Positions 10,274 to 20,926 of a DNA stretch of 64,000 nucleotides are shown piece by piece (positions within the stretch are counted from its first letter, which is position 1; every line of letters begins with the position of its first letter). Source of the stretch: Prevotella sp. Lineage in GTDB: Bacteria > Bacteroidota > Bacteroidia > Bacteroidales > Bacteroidaceae. The stretch covers positions 1,412-65,411 of the forward strand of contig JBJEKR010000044.1 of NCBI GenBank assembly GCA_051878735.1, in the 5' to 3' direction. The position numbers and the translations under genes are program-made. The notes below the pieces were generated by a model, which was not told the DNA's origin, searched no databases, and was given only the letters and a program-made list of their open reading frames with translations.

Positions 10274-12331
10274 CTACTTTTTCTTCTCCGCTGTCGGATA
10301 GCTCACCCTTGCGTGATAGATTGTCTTTAGCTTCTCCACGAGCACAGTCTTTGCGTAGGTAATGTCTCGGAACGTTATCGGGCACTCGCGGAAGAAGCCT
10401 TCTGACACCATTCCGTCGATAAGTCGGTTGACGAGTTCACGTATTGATTTCTCGTCGTAGCTTGTAAGGGAGCGTGAGGCAGCCTCAACAGCGTCTGCCA
10501 TCATCAGAATGGCCTGCTCGCGTGTGAAAGGATTTGGCCCCGGATAGGTGAACAACAGGTCGTCAACATTGTCTTCAGGATTCTCGTTCTTGTATTTCAC
10601 ATAGAAGTATTTTGTCTTTCCCTGTCCGTGGTGCGTACTGATGAAGTCGCGAATTATTGATGGCAGGTTGTTGCGCTCCGCCATCTTCAGTCCCTCGGTA
10701 ACATGGCTGATGATTACTTGTGCACTCTCGATGTACGTAAGCTCCTCATGCGGATTGATGCCCGACTGATTTTCAGTGAAATAGATAGGATTGCTCATCT
10801 TGCCAATGTCGTGATATAATGCTCCCGTCCTCACCAGTTGTGCCTTAGCTCCAATTTTGTTGGCTATCTCAGATGCCAAGTTACTTACCTGTATGGAATG
10901 TTGGAACGTGCCGGGAGCCACTTCGCTCATGCGTCGCAACAAGGGATTATTGGTGTTGGAAAGTTCGATGAGCGTTATGTCGGAGATGAATCCGAAGGTC
11001 TTTTCCATAAGATAGAGCAGTGGATAGGCGAAAAGCAGCAGCACGCCATTGACCATCAGATAATTGTAATAGCTCATGTCAAATTCCGAAAATTCGGTCA
11101 TGCGTATGAGGTCAAAGGCGAAGTTCATTATCATGCCCACCAAAGTGACAATGATGGCAGTCTTGAACAGTTGCGACCTAAACTGCAACTCTCGCAGTGA
11201 ATAGACGGCAGCCATGCCTGCCACCACCTCCACCACAATGAATTCCAGCGGATGCTGCAGCATGACCGAACAGATGAGAATCATGGTGAGATGGGTGACG
11301 ATGGCAGTGCGCGAATCCATGAACACACGCGTAAAGATTGGCACCATAGCGTAGGGAAGTATATACACATGTGCCACCGTGTTCCTCACCATCAGTCCCG
11401 TCAGCAGCACGAAGAATATTATCAGCGAGTAGAGCATCGCCACGTTTCGCGCTTTCTCGAAATAGTCCTTTCTGAACAGAGTGAGGTAAATGGTGAAAAA
11501 GGCTATGATTACGAACACGTATAGCCCTTCGCCGCAAAGCGTCAGACGCTGTTGTGTGGTATCGCTGTTGCGCTTCTCGTTCTCCTTCTTGTACGACTCG
11601 ATGGCAAGGAAGGCATATTCGTCAACTATCTCTCCGCGATCGATAATCTTCTGTCCCTTCTGCGCCACGCCACAAGCCAAGGGGATGCTACTGAGCATGT
11701 CGTGTAGGCTTTCGTCGCTACGCAACTTGTCGTAAGTGATGTTTGCCGTGATGTAGTTGTTGAGGTTACATTTCTGCAGTTGGCTTCGATGCTGTTCGAT
11801 GGATTCGTCAAGAAACAGTTGCTCGTAAGCCTTCTTGGTTGAGAGGAATGACGTCATGAGCACCGGCGCAGCATTCTTTCCATCGACGAGACGAATCATC
11901 TGCGTGGTGTCAGATGCGAACTTGCTATAATCGGCAGAGCTGACGACACCTATCTGGTAAATCTTGTGCAGACGGTTGGCAATGATGCTGATATAATCGT
12001 CGGATAGTCCTGGAATGCCATCGGCAAAGTCGGCGACGAACTTCCTGACCATGGAACCTTCAGTCTCCTTGTTCAAATTGAAATACGGTTCGTATTCCTT
12101 CATGATGCTGTCTTTCTCGTTCTTTATGGCTTCCTCCGACTTGTAGATAGGGAAGTCGAAAGGAGCTGTGAAATCAGCATATTTCCATGGTTTTCCCTGC
12201 TCAGCATAGAAATAGTTGCGTCCGTCGCGTGGCATGAGCCACACGATTATTGCCACTGTTGCGACAACTATGATACATCGCAACAAGATATCGTGCCATG
12301 TGATGTCTTCTCTAAACTTAAAACTGCTCAT
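10274..12331 (-). CDS. 7TM-HDIG phosphohydrolase (PgpH-like cyclic-dinucleotide phosphodiesterase family)
   Basis: Extracytoplasmic domain, 7TM block, [30 protein letters not shown]. Confidence 0.88.
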   Translation of the reverse strand: MSSFKFREDITWHDILLRCIIVVATVAIIVWLMPRDGRNYFYAEQGKPWKYADFTAPFDFPIYKSEEAIKNEKDSIMKEYEPYFNLNKETEGSMVRKFVADFADGIPGLSDDYISIIANRLHKIYQIGVVSSADYSKFASDTTQMIRLVDGKNAAPVLMTSFLSTKKAYEQLFLDESIEQHRSQLQKCNLNNYITANITYDKLRSDESLHDMLSSIPLACGVAQKGQKIIDRGEIVDEYAFLAIESYKKENEKRNSDTTQQRLTLCGEGLYVFVIIAFFTIYLTLFRKDYFEKARNVAMLYSLIIFFVLLTGLMVRNTVAHVYILPYAMVPIFTRVFMDSRTAIVTHLTMILICSVMLQHPLEFIVVEVVAGMAAVYSLRELQFRSQLFKTAIIVTLVGMIMNFAFDLIRMTEFSEFDMSYYNYLMVNGVLLLFAYPLLYLMEKTFGFISDITLIELSNTNNPLLRRMSEVAPGTFQHSIQVSNLASEIANKIGAKAQLVRTGALYHDIGKMSNPIYFTENQSGINPHEELTYIESAQVIISHVTEGLKMAERNNLPSIIRDFISTHHGQGKTKYFYVKYKNENPEDNVDDLLFTYPGPNPFTREQAILMMADAVEAASRSLTSYDEKSIRELVNRLIDGMVSEGFFRECPITFRDITYAKTVLVEKLKTIYHARVSYPTAEKKK

Positions 12332-12478
12332 TGTATGTGTTTTGATTCTTTTTCGAGGGCGAAAATACTAAAAAAATGTCGAAATAACAAAGATATATTG
12401 GAAAAATTGTATAAAAATGGATTTTATTTATTACTTTTGCACAAATTATTTTCCCTTTGGATTGAAATTAGCAGAAAA

Positions 12479-13996
12479 ATGGCAGAAAGAAGAGTAAGGG
12501 TGCGCTTTGCACCAAGCCCTACGGGGGCATTACACATAGGCGGCGTACGTACCGCCCTCTACAACTATCTTTTCGCACGTCAGCACGGCGGCGACCTTGT
12601 GTTCAGAATTGAAGACACAGACTCCAACCGCTTCGTCCCCGGAGCAGAGGAGTATATCATCGAGTCGTTCCGTTGGCTCGGCATAAAGTTCGACGAGGGA
12701 GTGTCCTTCGGCGGCGAACATGGTCCCTACAGGCAGAGCGAGCGCAGGGCAATATACAAGGAATACGTCAAGCAGTTGCTCGACAACGACAAGGCTTACA
12801 TCGCCTTCGACACGCCAGAGGAACTGGAGGCGAAGCGTCAGGAGGTACAGAACTTCCAATACGATGCTTCTACGCGTCTATCCATGCGCAACTCGCTCTC
12901 GATGCCCAAAGATGAGGTAGATAAGCTCATTGCCGAGGGTAAACAGTATGTGGTGAGATTCAAAATAGAGCCAGGAATGGCAGTACACGTCGATGATCTC
13001 ATTCGCGGCGACGTTCGCATCATGAGCGACATTCTCGACGACAAGGTTCTCTACAAGAGTGCCGACGAGCTGCCAACATACCATCTTGCCAATATCGTCG
13101 ATGATCACCTCATGGAGATAACCCACGTCATTCGTGGCGAGGAGTGGCTGCCCAGTGCCCCACTCCACGTGCTACTCTACAAGGCCTTTGGCTGGGAGGA
13201 CACCATGCCTCGCTTTGCCCATCTGCCACTGCTGTTGAAGCCTGAGGGCAAGGGCAAATTGAGCAAGCGCGACGGCGACCGCCTCGGCTTCCCCGTATTC
13301 CCATTGGAGTGGCACGACCCGAAGTCGGGCGAAGTCTCGTCGGGCTATCGCGAGAGCGGCTACTTCCCCGAGGCAGTGATCAACTTCCTCGCCTTCCTTG
13401 GCTGGAACCCAGGCACCGAACGCGAGCTTTACAGCCTCGACGAGCTTGTGCCACTATTCGACATCAGCAAGTGTAGCAAGGCTGGCGCACGCTTCGACTA
13501 TCAGAAAGGCATCTGGTTCAACCACGAGTACATATTGCAGAAGTCAGCTGACGAGATTGCAGCCATATTCGCACCAACGGTCAAGGCCAACGGTGTAGAG
13601 ACGACACTGGAGCGCGTTACCCGCGTGGTAGAGATGATGAAAGACCGCGTCAGCTTCGTCAGCGAGTTGTGGCCGCTGTGCTCGTTCTTCTTCGTTGCCC
13701 CGACGGAATACGACGAGAAGACGCGCAAGAAGCGTTGGAAGGAAGACTCGGCACAGGCAATGACAGAACTTGCCTCATTGCTTGAAGGCCTCGCCAACTT
13801 CTCCGTGGAGTCGCAGGAGAAGGCCGTTGAGCAGTGGATAGAACAGAAGGACTACAAGCTTGGCAACATCATGAACGCGTGGCGACTGACGCTGGTAGGC
13901 GAGGGCAAGGGTCCTGGAATGTTCGACATATCTGCCTTCCTTGGCAAAGAAGAGACACTGCGTCGAATGAAACGTGCAATTGAAACATTAGGCTGA
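12479..13996 (+). CDS. gltX: Glutamate--tRNA ligase
   Basis: [30 protein letters not shown]. Start reassigned to ATG 12479, after TACTTTTG at 12432-12439. Confidence 0.97.
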   Translation: MAERRVRVRFAPSPTGALHIGGVRTALYNYLFARQHGGDLVFRIEDTDSNRFVPGAEEYIIESFRWLGIKFDEGVSFGGEHGPYRQSERRAIYKEYVKQLLDNDKAYIAFDTPEELEAKRQEVQNFQYDASTRLSMRNSLSMPKDEVDKLIAEGKQYVVRFKIEPGMAVHVDDLIRGDVRIMSDILDDKVLYKSADELPTYHLANIVDDHLMEITHVIRGEEWLPSAPLHVLLYKAFGWEDTMPRFAHLPLLLKPEGKGKLSKRDGDRLGFPVFPLEWHDPKSGEVSSGYRESGYFPEAVINFLAFLGWNPGTERELYSLDELVPLFDISKCSKAGARFDYQKGIWFNHEYILQKSADEIAAIFAPTVKANGVETTLERVTRVVEMMKDRVSFVSELWPLCSFFFVAPTEYDEKTRKKRWKEDSAQAMTELASLLEGLANFSVESQEKAVEQWIEQKDYKLGNIMNAWRLTLVGEGKGPGMFDISAFLGKEETLRRMKRAIETLG

Positions 13997-14000
13997 CGAT

Positions 14001-15245
14001 ATGCTTTATAATTTGGCGATATACTTCTACCTTCTCGGAGTGGCCATAGCCAGTCTTTTCAGCAAAAAGGTGAAAAAGATGTGGCGTGGCGAGCGCAATG
14101 CGTTCGACGTGCTAAAGCACAACGTCGATCCCACGGCGAAGTATGTCTGGTTTCATGCCGCCTCGCTTGGCGAGTTCGAGCAGGGACGACCAATTATGGA
14201 GAGTCTTCGTGTGTTGCATCCCGAATATAAGATTCTGCTAACCTTCTTCTCCCCCTCGGGTTACGAAGTACGCAAGGACTACAAGGGAGCCGACATAATC
14301 TGCTATCTGCCCTTGGACACTCCAATCAATGCCATCCGTTTCCTACGTCTCATACGCCCCGTCATGGCGTTCTTCATCAAATATGAGTTCTGGTACAACT
14401 ATCTCCACATATTGAAGCATCGCAACATACCAACCTACAGCGTGTCGAGCATCTTCCGTCCAGAGCAGGTGTTCTTCCGCTGGTATGGTCGGCACTATGC
14501 CAGCGTTCTTCGCTGTTTCACTCATTTCTTCGTTCAGAACGAGCAGAGCCGCCATCTGCTTGAAAAGATTGGCATCACCACCGTGAGCATCACGGGCGAC
14601 ACGCGCTTCGACCGCGTGCTGCAAATCAAGGAGCAGTCGAAGCGTCTGCCCATAATAGAGGCTTTCAAGCAAGGCGGCAAGGTGTTCGTGGCGGGCAGCA
14701 GTTGGCAGCCCGACGAGGACATCTTCATTCCTTATTTCAATACCGATGACACCTGGCGCATCATCATTGCTCCACACGTCATCTCCGAGGAACATCTTCA
14801 GCAGATAGAGCAAAAACTACAAATGAAGACCGTGCGTTATACGCAAACCACACCGGAGGAGGTTGCCGAGGCTCGTTGCCTCATCATTGACTGCTTCGGA
14901 CTGCTATCGAGCATTTACCACTATGGCGAGGTGGCTTACGTTGGCGGTGGCTTTGGTGTTGGCATCCACAATGTGCTGGAAGCAGCCGTTTGGGGCATGC
15001 CTGTCATCTTCGGTCCCAACAACAAGCATTTCCAGGAAGCTCAGGGCCTCATGGCTTGTGGAGGCGGCTATGAAATAAGAAACGAAACGGAATTTGCCAA
15101 GCTCCTCGACAATTTTGCCGACGACAAGCACTACCTAAGTTTCTGCGGCGGCAAATCGGCACACTTCGTAAATAGTCAGGCAGGAGCGACGAAAGCAATA
15201 CTGCGGTCGATAGAGGTGAAGGGTGAAGCCCCCTCCAACATTTAA
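14001..15245 (+). CDS. waaA: 3-deoxy-D-manno-octulosonic acid (Kdo) transferase
   Basis: WFHAASLGEFEQ, YLPLD, GDTRFD, AYVGGGF...HNVLE. Confidence 0.93.
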   Translation: MLYNLAIYFYLLGVAIASLFSKKVKKMWRGERNAFDVLKHNVDPTAKYVWFHAASLGEFEQGRPIMESLRVLHPEYKILLTFFSPSGYEVRKDYKGADIICYLPLDTPINAIRFLRLIRPVMAFFIKYEFWYNYLHILKHRNIPTYSVSSIFRPEQVFFRWYGRHYASVLRCFTHFFVQNEQSRHLLEKIGITTVSITGDTRFDRVLQIKEQSKRLPIIEAFKQGGKVFVAGSSWQPDEDIFIPYFNTDDTWRIIIAPHVISEEHLQQIEQKLQMKTVRYTQTTPEEVAEARCLIIDCFGLLSSIYHYGEVAYVGGGFGVGIHNVLEAAVWGMPVIFGPNNKHFQEAQGLMACGGGYEIRNETEFAKLLDNFADDKHYLSFCGGKSAHFVNSQAGATKAILRSIEVKGEAPSNI

Positions 15246-15253
15246 TTCTTAAC

Positions 15254-15522
15254 TCAACTTTCGCACGTTAATCATGTTTAGAAATGAGCGTTCAATGAGC
15301 GGGCTGAACCAAAGGTCGCCGGCCGAAGGGAAAGGCAAAGCCCAACAGCTTATAGCCCAGGGCAACGCCCTGGGTAGGGATATCGCCTCAAGTGCGCCCT
15401 GTAAGGGCGTATACATAACTACCATTTACCCCACAGGGCGTTGCCCTGGGATATGGGCTGTTGCCCATTCAGGGCGTGCTCAATACGCTCATTACCAACT
15501 ATATGGTACTTGCGAAACTTAA
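15254..15522. mobile_element. MITE/REP-like element of about 270 bp with imperfect terminal inverted repeats and internal CCCAGGGCAACGCCCTG palindromes
   Basis: Ends TCAACTTTCGCACGT / ACTTGCGAAACTTAA (12/15 IR); internal IR 15343-15370 vs 15434-15463; TTAATTC heptamers on both flanks. Confidence 0.6.
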
Positions 15523-15571
15523 ATTTTTAATTCTTAATTTTTAATTCTTAATTCTTAATTCTTAATTTTAA
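15523..15571 (-). repeat. TTAATTC heptamer tract (reverse orientation of the AATTAAG arrays)
   Basis: About 6-7 tandem units read directly. Confidence 0.85.
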
Positions 15572-15576
15572 ACCCT

Positions 15577-16092
15577 GTGGCTTTAATAAAATCAATAAAA
15601 GGCTTGACTCCAAAATGGGGTCGCGAATGTTACTTTAGCGAAAATGCAACCATCGTAGGAGAAGTGACGATGGGCGATGAGTGTTCAATATGGTTCAATG
15701 CCGTGGTCCGTGGCGATGTGGCACCAATAACAATCGGTGACCGTACCAACGTGCAAGACGGTGCTTGCATACACGTCACCAACACAACTGGACCGACAGT
15801 GATAGGCAACGACGTGACCATAGGCCACAATGCAACCGTACATGCCTGTACAATTCGCGACGGCGCACTCATTGGAATGGGTGCTACACTGCTCGACCAT
15901 TGCGACATTGGCGAGGGTGCAGTAGTCGCGGCAGGCGCTCTCGTACTGCAGAACACAAAGATTGGGCCTCATGAGCTTTGGGGCGGCGTACCGGCAAAGT
16001 TCATCAAGCATACTCGTCCCGACCAAGCGGAAAACTTTGGCCGTCACTATGTAGAATATTCTAAATGGTATTTGGAGGAAACCAAAGAGTGA
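15577..16092 (+). CDS. Gamma carbonic anhydrase family hexapeptide-repeat protein (YrdA-like)
   Basis: IWFNAVVRGD, NVQDG.CIH, IGHNATVHAC; GTG start. Confidence 0.92.
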   Translation: MALIKSIKGLTPKWGRECYFSENATIVGEVTMGDECSIWFNAVVRGDVAPITIGDRTNVQDGACIHVTNTTGPTVIGNDVTIGHNATVHACTIRDGALIGMGATLLDHCDIGEGAVVAAGALVLQNTKIGPHELWGGVPAKFIKHTRPDQAENFGRHYVEYSKWYLEETKE

Positions 16093-16094
16093 AG

Positions 16095-16134
16095 AATGTT
16101 TTTGGAGGGTAAAACCATACCCTCCAAAAACATT
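16095..16134. terminator. Bidirectional terminator-like hairpin
   Basis: 16-bp perfect IR AATGTTTTTGGAGGGT / ACCCTCCAAAAACATT between convergent genes. Confidence 0.75.
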
Positions 16135-16143
16135 TGATTCTAA

Positions 16144-18621
16144 CTACAGTTCCACCACAATGGTGTGCGTTCCGGCAGAGTAAGGAATGATTGTGCCTTC
16201 TACGAGCTGTCCGTCAACCACGAGCGACTTCACGCCTGTCTGTTTGCCATCAGGATTCTTCACCGTAATGGTGTATTCCGCATCGCGATACTTACGGCGA
16301 ACGGTGTATTCCTTTGCCGATGAAGGCAGACACGGACGGACGGCAAGGCCCTCATAGTCAGGCTGTATGCCGAGAATGTATTGGCTCACCGTCAGCCACA
16401 TCCACGCAGCAGTACCCGTCAGCCATGAGTTCTTTCCTTCACCCGGACGATAAGCGTCCTTTCCTGCCACCATCTGACAGTTGACGTATGGCTCAACCTT
16501 GTGGAGCGTCTGATGCTTCTCCTCTACGTATGAAGGCAGAATCTTCGTGTAGTGTTCCCAAGCTTCGTTGCCTCGTCCTGCCACGGTCATTCCTATGATG
16601 ACCCAAGGATTGTTGTGGCAGAAGATGCCCGCATTCTCCTTGTAGCCTTCGGGATAAGATGAAATTTCACCCATCTCTACGTGATAGGTGGTGTAGGCAG
16701 GATTGTTAAGCACAATGCCGTGTTCACAATCCATCATGCGCTCAACAGAGTCTATTGCCTTGTCGCACAAACCTTCGTCAAGACCTATTCCAGCCATCGT
16801 ACACCAGCCTTGGCTCTCGATGAATATCTTACCCTCTTCGTTCTCCTGCGAGCCAATCTTGTTACCGTAGAAGTCATAGGCGCGGAGGAACCATTCGCCA
16901 TCCCAACCGTCTTTCTTCACAGCCTTTTCCATTGCCTCCACTGCAGCAGCCATGTTGTCAGCTTCTGTCTCAAAACTATCTATGCCGTATTTCGTTGCGT
17001 CCTCGCCTTGCTTTGCCAGTTGGCGGCAAAGTGAGACGTATTCCTTGCCCGTAACGACGAAAAGACCAGCAATCATCAGCGATTCTGCCTTTGAGCCTTC
17101 ACTCTTGTTTTCTGTGGTTTGGAAGCTCTCGTTGGGATCCCATGAGAAGCAGTTGAGGTTAAGGCAGTCGTTCCAGTCAGCACGTCCTATCAGTGGCAGA
17201 GCGTGAGGGCCAAGGTTGTTTGTGACGTGTTCCATTGATATTTTCAGATGCTCAAACAGTGTCTTTTCGCTTCCCGGCTGATTGTCGAAAGGAACAGGTT
17301 CTGTGAGTATGGAGAAGTCGCCCGTCTCTTTCAGATATGCGGCAGTGCCGAAGATGAGCCAACAAGGGTCGTCGTTGAAACCTCCACCAATGTCGTTGTT
17401 GCCGCGCTTTGTCAGAGGCTGATACTGATGGTAGCAACCGCCGTCGGGGAACTGTGTAGAAGCAATGTCGATGATGCGCTGACGTGCACGACTTGGCACA
17501 AGGTGAACAAAGCCCACAAGGTCTTGGTTTGAGTCGCGGAATCCCATTCCTCTACCTACGCCACTCTCGAAGAAGCTGGCAGAACGCGAGAAATTGAACG
17601 TCACCATACACTGATACTGGTTCCAGATGTTCACCATGCGGTCGAGCTTGTCGTTTCCGCTTTCTACAGAGAAATTGCCGAGCAGTTTGTCCCAATAAGC
17701 GCAGAGTTCAGCAAAGGCTGCATCGACCTTTTCCGTTGTGTTGAAACGCTCTATCAGTTCGTGAGCCTTCCGCTTGTTTATCACCTTCTTAGTCTCGAAC
17801 TTCTCTTCCTGTTCGTTCTCTATGTAGCCAAGCAGGAACACTAAGTCGCGAGTCTCTCCAGGGGCAAGCTCCACCTCTATATACTGCGAGGCTATGGGAC
17901 TCCAGCCGTGGGCGTGGCTATTGCGTGGACGTCCTTCCACAACGGCGTCAGGAGCCGACTTCTCAGAGTAGAGACCCACGAATGTCTCGCGGTCGGTGTC
18001 AAAGCCCTGAATCTCTGTGTTCACTGTGTAGAAGGCGTAATGATTGCGGCGTTCGCGATATTCCGTTTTGTGGTAGATGGTAGAGCCTTCAATCTCAACT
18101 TCGCCAGTAGAGAAGTTGCGTTGGAAGTTTTCCATGTCTGTTGCGGCGTTCCATAGGCACCACTCTGTGAATGAGAAGAGTTTCAGCTGCTTCTTCTCGT
18201 TGGTAGTGTTCCTCAGAGTGAGTTTCTGCACCTCGCCCCAAGTCTTCAAAGGCACGAAAAAGAGTACGGATGCCTCTATACCGTTCTTACTTCCCGTGAC
18301 GCGCGTATAACCCATTCCGTGTCGGCACTCGTATGCGTCGAGTGGCGTTCGGCAAGGTTTCCATCCAGGATTCCAGATGGTGTCGCCGTCCTTCAGGTAG
18401 AAGTAGCGTCCATCGTTGTCCATCGGTACATTGTTGTAGCGATAGCGCGTGATGCGGCGGAACTTTGCGTCCTTGTAGAAACTGTAGCCTCCGGCTGTGT
18501 TGGAGATGAGGGAGAAGAAGTCTTCATTGCCCAGATAGTTAATCCACGGCCAAGGTGTCTGTGGATTGGTGATGACATACTCGCGATTCTTGTCATCAAA
18601 GTGTCCGTACTTTTTTTCCAT
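16144..18621 (-). CDS. GH94 glycoside phosphorylase (cellobiose phosphorylase-like)
   Basis: [53 protein letters not shown]; no signal peptide. Confidence 0.92.
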   Translation of the reverse strand: MEKKYGHFDDKNREYVITNPQTPWPWINYLGNEDFFSLISNTAGGYSFYKDAKFRRITRYRYNNVPMDNDGRYFYLKDGDTIWNPGWKPCRTPLDAYECRHGMGYTRVTGSKNGIEASVLFFVPLKTWGEVQKLTLRNTTNEKKQLKLFSFTEWCLWNAATDMENFQRNFSTGEVEIEGSTIYHKTEYRERRNHYAFYTVNTEIQGFDTDRETFVGLYSEKSAPDAVVEGRPRNSHAHGWSPIASQYIEVELAPGETRDLVFLLGYIENEQEEKFETKKVINKRKAHELIERFNTTEKVDAAFAELCAYWDKLLGNFSVESGNDKLDRMVNIWNQYQCMVTFNFSRSASFFESGVGRGMGFRDSNQDLVGFVHLVPSRARQRIIDIASTQFPDGGCYHQYQPLTKRGNNDIGGGFNDDPCWLIFGTAAYLKETGDFSILTEPVPFDNQPGSEKTLFEHLKISMEHVTNNLGPHALPLIGRADWNDCLNLNCFSWDPNESFQTTENKSEGSKAESLMIAGLFVVTGKEYVSLCRQLAKQGEDATKYGIDSFETEADNMAAAVEAMEKAVKKDGWDGEWFLRAYDFYGNKIGSQENEEGKIFIESQGWCTMAGIGLDEGLCDKAIDSVERMMDCEHGIVLNNPAYTTYHVEMGEISSYPEGYKENAGIFCHNNPWVIIGMTVAGRGNEAWEHYTKILPSYVEEKHQTLHKVEPYVNCQMVAGKDAYRPGEGKNSWLTGTAAWMWLTVSQYILGIQPDYEGLAVRPCLPSSAKEYTVRRKYRDAEYTITVKNPDGKQTGVKSLVVDGQLVEGTIIPYSAGTHTIVVEL

Positions 18622-18743
18622 TTCTATATATAAATGATGAATATGCGTTGTAGGTTTCTGCCCACAAAATTAGTTTTTTTTATCGTAACGACAAAGGAAA
18701 ACGCCTTTTTTTTCGCCAAAAGACAATATAAGTCAAGCAGTAC

Positions 18744-18808
18744 GCTAAAATAGTATCAATTTTTGATATTCAATGTATATGCGGTTTCAGAATTTTTGCC
18801 TATCTTTG
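18744..18808 (+). promoter_or_regulatory. GH5 promoter with a mannan-regulon operator-like motif
   Basis: GCTAAAATAGTATCA (18744-18758) ends 43 nt before TATCTTTG (18801), the same spacing as at the SusC promoter. Confidence 0.6.
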
Positions 18809-18840
18809 CCGACGTATTGCAATAACTAAAAATAAATGTA

Positions 18841-20160
18841 ATGGAAATGAAAAGAATTGTTTTACTTGCTGTCGTGGTTGTAGCAGCCATCGTAGCGTGC
18901 GTGTTGTGGATGAACAAGAAAGACAATGCTGACGACGGTGGCAAGTTTGTGAAAGTTGTCGATGGACACTTCCAGCGCGACGGCAAGCCTTACTATTATG
19001 TAGGCACAAACTTCTGGTATGGTGCCATTCTCGGATCTGAGGGACGTGGCGGCAACCGCCAGCGACTCTGTCAGGAACTTGATGACATGAAGGCAATGGG
19101 CATTGACAATCTGCGCATTCTCGTGGGCAGCGACGGCGAAGAGGGAGTGCTGACAAAGGTTGAGCCAACGCTGCAAAAGGCACCAGGAGTGTATAATGAC
19201 ACCATTCTTGCAGGCCTCGACTATCTGCTCATGGAGATGGGAAAGCGCGACATGGTGGCTGTGCTCTACCTCAACAACTCATGGGAATGGAGCGGCGGCT
19301 ATGGCTTCTATCTTGAACATGCGGGCGAAGGCGTTGCACCACGTCCAAACGAAGCCGGCTATCCTGCCTTCATGGACTTTATGCGCAAATATGCGACCTC
19401 GGAGAAGGCTCATAAACTCTTCTACGACTATGTTCGATTCATCGTCGGACGCACAAACCGATACACCAACGTTGCCTATATCGATGATCCCGCCATAATG
19501 TCGTGGCAGATAGGTAACGAGCCACGAGCTTTCGGCAAGGAAGAACTGGAGCCTTTCGCCAAGTGGCTTGCCGAAACGTCAGCTCTCATACGCAGTCTCG
19601 ACCCTAACCACCTCATTTCAATAGGCACTGAAGGTGCATGGGGTTGCGAAGGCGACTACGAAACTTTCGAGAAGATAAGCGGTGACCCGAACATCGACTA
19701 CTGCAACATCCACATCTGGCCATATAACTGGAGTTGGGCAAAACCCGAGCGACTGATAGAAGACTTGCCTGCTGCTTGCGACAGCACGAAGCAATACATC
19801 GACCGCCACATAGAAATATGCGACCGTCTGAATAAGCCTCTCGTGATGGAAGAGTTTGGCTATCCGCGCGACGGTTTCAAGTTCGACAAGCACACTACTA
19901 CGCAAGGTCGTGACGGCTACTACCAATACGTCTTCTCGCTCGTTGCCGACAATGCAGAGAACGGCGGTAAGTTTGCGGGCTGCAACTTCTGGGCATGGGG
20001 TGGACGTGCCAATCCCCAACACGAACAATGGCAGCCAGGCGACGACTATACAGGCGACCCAGCACAGGAAGCCCAAGGCCTCAACTCCGTATTTTCCACC
20101 GACACCTCCACACTCAACATCGTAAGGGAGCAAGTGGCGAGAATGAGGAAAATTAATTAA
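18841..20160 (+). CDS. GH5 beta-mannanase/mannosidase (GH5_7-like), N-terminally anchored or secreted
   Basis: YYVGTNFWYG, NNSWEWSGG, WQIGNEPR (acid/base), HIWPYNW, VMEEFG (nucleophile), GDPAQEAQG. Confidence 0.9.
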   Translation: MEMKRIVLLAVVVVAAIVACVLWMNKKDNADDGGKFVKVVDGHFQRDGKPYYYVGTNFWYGAILGSEGRGGNRQRLCQELDDMKAMGIDNLRILVGSDGEEGVLTKVEPTLQKAPGVYNDTILAGLDYLLMEMGKRDMVAVLYLNNSWEWSGGYGFYLEHAGEGVAPRPNEAGYPAFMDFMRKYATSEKAHKLFYDYVRFIVGRTNRYTNVAYIDDPAIMSWQIGNEPRAFGKEELEPFAKWLAETSALIRSLDPNHLISIGTEGAWGCEGDYETFEKISGDPNIDYCNIHIWPYNWSWAKPERLIEDLPAACDSTKQYIDRHIEICDRLNKPLVMEEFGYPRDGFKFDKHTTTQGRDGYYQYVFSLVADNAENGGKFAGCNFWAWGGRANPQHEQWQPGDDYTGDPAQEAQGLNSVFSTDTSTLNIVREQVARMRKIN

Positions 20161-20328
20161 ATGAAGAGTGAAGAATTAAGAGTGAAGAATGATTAAATAA
20201 AAGTTTCACACTTTAGAATCCAATGCGCACTGAAAGGGCAAAAAAGTTAATATCCAGATTGTTTTGCACAATTGATAGCACCATTTGAAAATTTTTGCTT
20301 TTTCAGAGTGATATTTATAGAAACATCA

Positions 20329-20887
20329 ATGAGGGTGTGTCAAAAGTAACTGGCACACCCTCTTTTTAGCATTGTACATCTTGTTTCATTTTAAGTTCGC
20401 TTTTTTAGGCGGCAATCCCATAATTTTCGATTATTACCCCAACAAGCGTTATATGAGGAGGATTTGGCTTAGAAAGGCGTAATAAACGAGTGAAAAGCCT
20501 CTCTATAAATTCATTTTGGGCTTTTCGCAAGAGTTTTCTCAGATCATCCTCCTTCATCCGCATGAACGTGGCATCAGGATCCGTCTTGGATATGCAGGAC
20601 AGCCGAAGGACTTGTACGTACTCATAAGATCTGTGATGTCAAGAGCGTCAATTATGCCGCTCAGAAGGCGCATAGGATTCCGGGATTTTTTCACCAAAAA
20701 ACGAAGGAAAAAGCTCGCATTCTGCCTAATTGTAAAATTTAAATTGTAACTTTGCCATTGTGTATAAAACTATGTACAAAGATACAAAAATCTTTGATAC
20801 AACAAAACCCTGGCTTGAGAAAGTCGGGGTTTTGAACGTTATAAAAATGTAAAGAGGGTGTGCCCGTTACTTTTGACACACCCTCAT
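20329..20887 (-). mobile_element. IS1182-family internal-deletion derivative (non-autonomous)
   Basis: 37-bp terminal IRs with 1 mismatch (20329-20365 / 20851-20887, ATGAGGGTGTGTCAAAAGTAAC...) enclosing transposase remnants. Confidence 0.85.
20450..20758 (-). pseudogene. IS1182 transposase remnant
   Basis: MAKLQFKFYN* N-terminus at 20758, a frameshifted IIDALDITDLMSTYKSFGCPAY, then SKTDPDATFMRMKED (20590-20546). Lower boundary is approximate. Confidence 0.8.
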
Positions 20888-20926
20888 GGTCTTATTGGAT
20901 TTTCAGTCCATCACAAATTCCTACCC

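Noticed and set aside
12293-12478. Long N-terminal extensions in the ORF track (gltX, and also the ORFs at 26711, 27483, 28343, 34290 and 42414)
   Set aside because: They run through promoter boxes, intergenic hairpins or upstream genes; downstream ATGs match the family N-termini.
15274-15522. 82-aa ORF
   Set aside because: Lies within the palindromic repeat element and has no protein features.
20516-20749. 77-aa plus-strand ORF
   Set aside because: Antisense to the IS1182 transposase remnant.
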